Assembly: GCA_013911885.1 (NCBI GenBank)
Contig: JACESI010000011.1
Span: 11,409 to 75,408, forward strand
Length of the DNA stretch: 64,000 nt
From: Hyphomicrobiales bacterium
GTDB lineage: Bacteria > Pseudomonadota > Alphaproteobacteria > Rhizobiales > JACESI01
Direction: 5' to 3'
Shown one piece after another: positions 60,587 through 64,000 of the stretch. The notes under the pieces were generated by a model. The model was not told the origin of the DNA. It searched no databases and was given only the letters and a program-made list of their open reading frames with translations. Position numbers and translations under genes: made by a program. The stretch's first letter is position 1, and each line of letters opens with the position of its first letter.

Positions 60587-61741
60587 ATGAGCGATGCAAT
60601 CAAGGAAGCGGTGAAACAGCAATTGAGCCGGGTCAAGGGCCCCGATCTCAAGGGCGACCTCATATCGCTCGGGCTCGTCTCCGATATATTCGTGACCGGC
60701 GACAAGGTCATGTTCTCCGTCTCGGTTCCCGCTGATCGGGCGCAAGAACTGGAGCCGCTGCGCCAGGCCGCCGAACAGGCTGTCCGCGATGTTCCGGGCG
60801 TCGCGAAGGTGATGGTGGTTCTGACCGCGGAGAAATCCGGCGCAAACCCCGGCGCCCCGAAGCCAATTCGGGCCGCCGTGCCAGCTGCCGCGCCAAAGGC
60901 CACGGCTGGTGGCGCCCCGGATCCGCAGAAAGCCGGTGTGCCGGGTGTGAAACACATCATTGCGGTTGCCTCGGGCAAGGGCGGGGTCGGAAAATCCACG
61001 ACCTCGATCAATATCGCGCTCGGTCTTTCCGCCATCGGCCTAAAGGTCGGTGTGCTTGATGCCGATATCTATGGCCCCTCGATGCCGCGTCTCCTCGGGC
61101 TCAGCGGCCGTCCGCAGGCCGAGGGGCGGCTGCTTCATCCGATGGAGAATTTCGGCCTCAAAGTGATGTCCATGGGCTTTCTGGTCGAAGAGGAAACCCC
61201 GATGATATGGCGCGGTCCGATGGTGATCTCTGCCCTCACGCAGATGTTACGGGAGGTCGCCTGGGGCGCGCTTGACGTGCTCGTCGTCGATATGCCGCCC
61301 GGTACCGGCGACGCCCAGCTGACGATGGCACAGCAGGTGCCTCTGTCCGGCGCGGTTATCGTCTCCACACCCCAGGACCTCGCGCTCATCGATGCGCGCA
61401 AGGGGCTCAACATGTTCCGCAAGGTCGATGTGCCGCTTCTCGGCATTGTCGAAAACATGAGCTATTTCCTTTGCCCGTCCTGCGGCGAGCGCTCCGATAT
61501 TTTCGGCCATGGCGGTGCACGCCGCGAAGCCGAGCGGATCGGCGTGCCCTTCCTTGGCGAAGTGCCGCTTCATATGAAAATCCGCGAGACATCGGATTCA
61601 GGCGCGCCGATTGTCGTCTCCGATCCGACCTCGGCCCATGCCGGGATTTACCGCGACATCGCCTCGAGAATCTGGGCGACACTTGAATCCGGTTCCGAAC
61701 ATGGTCCGCGAACGGCTCCGAAAATTATCTTCGAATCATAG
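60587..61741 (+). CDS. apbC: Mrp/NBP35/ApbC-family Fe-S cluster carrier ATPase
   Basis: N-terminal DUF59-like domain. Deviant Walker A ASGKGGVGKST and CPxC motif (FLCPSCG). Confidence 0.9.
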   Translation: MSDAIKEAVKQQLSRVKGPDLKGDLISLGLVSDIFVTGDKVMFSVSVPADRAQELEPLRQAAEQAVRDVPGVAKVMVVLTAEKSGANPGAPKPIRAAVPAAAPKATAGGAPDPQKAGVPGVKHIIAVASGKGGVGKSTTSINIALGLSAIGLKVGVLDADIYGPSMPRLLGLSGRPQAEGRLLHPMENFGLKVMSMGFLVEEETPMIWRGPMVISALTQMLREVAWGALDVLVVDMPPGTGDAQLTMAQQVPLSGAVIVSTPQDLALIDARKGLNMFRKVDVPLLGIVENMSYFLCPSCGERSDIFGHGGARREAERIGVPFLGEVPLHMKIRETSDSGAPIVVSDPTSAHAGIYRDIASRIWATLESGSEHGPRTAPKIIFES

Positions 61742-61829
61742 ATCCCTGTTTTTCCTGATAAAAATACTCAACTTAGAGAAATTCCAAATTGAATCTCTAT
61801 AAGATGCTGTTTCTGTTGAAATTTTAACT

Positions 61830-61844
61830 TGACTAATTTTATCA
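61830..61844. promoter_or_regulatory. Candidate RirA iron-responsive operator (IRO-type TGA-N9-TCA) upstream of fbpA
   Basis: TGActaattttaTCA sits in the AT-rich fbpA upstream region, 83 nt before the ATG. rirA is the next gene downstream of fbpA. Confidence 0.4.
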
Positions 61845-61926
61845 ACTATTCTTTATTTCGGGCAAATTTGGCCGCGAGAGCGAGCGCTTCATCAACGCAG
61901 CGAAAAAATAGTCGAGGAAATCAGAG

Positions 61927-62979
61927 ATGGCATTTAGACGTTTGAACCGAACAGCATTCTTAAGATCGGGTGCGCTCGCGCTTTTGCTGGCAACAGCGAC
62001 AGGGATGGCGAAGGCCGCAGAGATCAACATCTATTCCTACCGCCAGCCGCAGCTGATTGAGCCATTGCTCGCTGAATTCACCAGGCAAACCGGGATTGTT
62101 GCGAATGTTGTGTTCGCGAAGGAAGGCCTTGCCGAGCGGATAAGCGCCGAAGGCGCCAATTCACCGGCGGACCTGCTTTTGACAACGGATGTGAGTCGCC
62201 TTGAAGGTGCGAAGAAAGCGGACATCACGCAGCAGGTTTCCTCGCCGGTTCTTGATCAGAATATTCCGGCACAATACCGCGATCCCGCTGGCAACTGGTT
62301 TGGCCTCACCACGCGCGCCCGCGTCATCTATGTCTCGAAAGAGAGGGTCAATCAGGACGCAATTACCTATGAAGAGCTTGCCGATCCGAAATGGAAAGGC
62401 CGCATTTGCACCCGCTCCGGTCAGCATGATTATACGCTCGGCCTGATTGGCTCGATCATCGCCCATTCCGGCGAAGCCGCCACCAGGACCTGGCTCGAGG
62501 GGGTGAAACAGAATCTCGCCCGCCGTCCGACCGGCAATGACCGTTCGCAGGTGGAATCGATTTTCTCCGGCGAGTGCGACATAGCCCTCGGCAACACCTA
62601 TTATATGGGGCTGATGCAGACCAATGATAAAGAGCCGGTTCAGAAAGAATGGGCGGCATCCGTCAAGGTATTGTTCCCGAATACCGACGACCGCGGGACC
62701 CATGTCAACCTTTCCGGCATGGTGCTCGCGAAACATGCCCCGAACCGCGATGCTGCGGTAAAGCTCATGGAATTTCTCGCAAGCGATACCGCGCAGAAAC
62801 TTTATGCCGAGGTCAATTACGAATATCCGGTCAAGGCTGATGTCGATCCGTCCGATCGGGTGAAAAGCTGGGGTATGTTCAAGGCAGACAACCTGCCGCT
62901 CAGCGACGTTGCGCGGTTGCGCGACAAGGCGAGCGAGCTTGTGGATATTGTCGGCTTCGACAAGGGCCCCAATTCCTGA
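61927..62979 (+). CDS. fbpA: Fe(3+) ABC transporter periplasmic substrate-binding protein
   Basis: 350 aa. Signal peptide followed by AEINIYSYRQPQLIEPLL, the typical FbpA/AfuA opening, with conserved Tyr-Tyr region. Confidence 0.85.
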   Translation: MAFRRLNRTAFLRSGALALLLATATGMAKAAEINIYSYRQPQLIEPLLAEFTRQTGIVANVVFAKEGLAERISAEGANSPADLLLTTDVSRLEGAKKADITQQVSSPVLDQNIPAQYRDPAGNWFGLTTRARVIYVSKERVNQDAITYEELADPKWKGRICTRSGQHDYTLGLIGSIIAHSGEAATRTWLEGVKQNLARRPTGNDRSQVESIFSGECDIALGNTYYMGLMQTNDKEPVQKEWAASVKVLFPNTDDRGTHVNLSGMVLAKHAPNRDAAVKLMEFLASDTAQKLYAEVNYEYPVKADVDPSDRVKSWGMFKADNLPLSDVARLRDKASELVDIVGFDKGPNS

Positions 62980-63009
62980 CCTCAATTCCTGGCCTCAATT
63001 TCTGGCCCG
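62971..63009. repeat. Degenerate tandem 13-bp repeat x3 (AATTCCTGRCCTC)
   Basis: aattcctgacctc aattcctggcctc aatttctggcccg. The first copy contains the fbpA stop codon. Confidence 0.8.
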
Positions 63010-63051
63010 AATATTTGTGAAGTCACTGACGACGCCTTTAAAGCCAGCAAA

Positions 63052-63090
63052 CACCGCTTGCGACGGGTTTCCAATCCGGCGCAAGCGGTG
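63052..63090. other. Strong stem-loop (11-bp stem, 17-nt loop) between fbpA and rirA
   Basis: CACCGCTTGCG (63052-63062) pairs with CGCAAGCGGTG (63080-63090). There is no T-tract, so it is an atypical terminator or RNA-stability element. Confidence 0.5.
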
Positions 63091-63131
63091 ATAGGTTGAT
63101 ACAACGATCCACCTTGCAAGTCGGGAACCAC

Positions 63132-63596
63132 ATGCGCCTTACCAGACAAGCCAATTATGCGGTGCGTATCTTGATGTATTGCGCGGCGAATCCGAATGAG
63201 CTGAGCAAGGTCGCAACCATTGCCAGGGTCTATGACGTTTCGGAATTCTTTCTGTTCAAGATTCTTCAGCCCCTGGTCGAGAAAGGCTATGTTGAAACCG
63301 TGCGCGGCCGCTCCGGCGGCATCAGAATGGCGCGCCCTGCCTCGAGCATCACGCTTGGCGAGGTGATCCGTACCGCCGAGGAAAAGTTCATCATGGCGGA
63401 ATGTTTCGAAGACGACGCGACGACCTGTCCGCTGATGTCGTCCTGCGCCTTCAACTCCGCCCTGTCAGAGGCGCTTGCGGCGTTCTTCAAAGTCCTCGAC
63501 AGTTATACGATCGAAGATCTCACCATAAACAAGTCCCGCGTGCGCGAACTGCTCGGACTATTCGGCGTAACGGAACAAGATATCGCGACCGCGTGA
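63132..63596 (+). CDS. rirA: Rrf2-family iron-responsive regulator RirA
   Basis: Start trimmed to ATG 63132. MRLTRQANYAVRILMYCAAN...VSEFFLFKILQPL...ETVRGRSGGIRMA...MAECFED...CPL..SC.FNSAL closely follows the rhizobial RirA sequence as I remember it, including the three Cys Fe-S ligands. Confidence 0.85.
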   Translation: MRLTRQANYAVRILMYCAANPNELSKVATIARVYDVSEFFLFKILQPLVEKGYVETVRGRSGGIRMARPASSITLGEVIRTAEEKFIMAECFEDDATTCPLMSSCAFNSALSEALAAFFKVLDSYTIEDLTINKSRVRELLGLFGVTEQDIATA

Positions 63597-63699
63597 ATTA
63601 GCGCGAAAATTTTTTAAATCCTGATTGCCTTTGAGCGGATATTGCTTCAGGAAATGGTGCTAGGAGGGCGGGATTTGCCGCCTCAGGGAGCATCAGTCT

Positions 63700-64000
63700 A
63701 TGGCATTTCAGTTCGCATTCGGCCCGCGTATCCGCAAGTCCCCGTTCTTCGAGGCAACCCTCAAAGCAGGGGTCACCCACTTCTCGTCTTATAACCGCGT
63801 CTGTTTCCCGGTCGGCTATGGCAATCCGATGGAAGAATACCGCCGCCTCACCGAAGGCGTAGCGATCTGGGACGTTTCCGTCGAGCGCCAGATTCGCTTT
63901 CGCGGTCCGGATGCCCTGACACTCCTCAGAACCCTGACCCCGCGCAATTTGTCGAAGGTGGTCGTTGGTCAGGGCCGCTATATCCCGATCTGCGACAACC
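63700..64000 (+). CDS. GcvT/DmdA-family aminomethyltransferase (3' end outside window)
   Basis: Hand translation from ATG 63700 gives MAFQFAFGPRIRKSPFFEATLKAGVTHFSSYNRVCFPVGYGNPMEEYRRLTEGVAIWDVSVERQIRFRGPDALTLL... This is the GcvT-family N-terminal pattern. The frame is open to the window end. Confidence 0.7.
   Translation, partial: MAFQFAFGPRIRKSPFFEATLKAGVTHFSSYNRVCFPVGYGNPMEEYRRLTEGVAIWDVSVERQIRFRGPDALTLLRTLTPRNLSKVVVGQGRYIPICDN

Overview
GC-rich alphaproteobacterial chromosomal segment. RirA, BacA/SbmA and the degP-RR-HK-glnE-PleC-like kinase arrangement point to Hyphomicrobiales/Rhizobiales; that placement is inference from gene content only. I call about 50 protein genes, tightly packed with many 1-4 nt overlaps. 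I saw no rRNA, tRNA, CRISPR array, IS element or integrase. Layout: 1-12.7 kb is envelope stress and housekeeping (degP, OmpR-type RR/HK pair, glnE, PAS kinase, pepN, GST). 12.9-36.3 kb is a one-carbon/quaternary-amine island: folD, dimethylglycine-dehydrogenase-type enzyme, GlxA/GbdR-like regulator, soxBDAG, a haem-c-sensor MCP, and a complete corrinoid methyltransferase system. That system comprises a non-Pyl MttB homolog, corrinoid protein, DUF1638, methyl-THF:corrinoid MT, RACo-type activator, MetF and an Hcy-methyltransferase. 36.4-42.5 kb holds cysG, glycerate kinase, DoxX, gloA, bacA and cytochrome b561. 42.6-48.1 kb is an orphan GTP-cyclohydrolase-II / RibD-C / SAM-MT / GT4 / PTPS-like / MDR-dehydrogenase cluster. 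48.3-64 kb holds opgH, an esterase, a CoA-transferase plus ThDP enzyme, a single-gene AT-rich insertion (methyltransferase), DUF302-YeeE, a TPR protein, opgC, mrp/apbC, fbpA, rirA and the start of a GcvT-family gene. The two best candidates for an undescribed system are the MttB/corrinoid module, which appears wired to both THF and homocysteine in an O2-respiring host, and the GTP-derived (pterin/pyrimidine glycoside-like) cluster. All functional calls rest on by-eye motif and family recognition of the translated ORFs. No database search was run.
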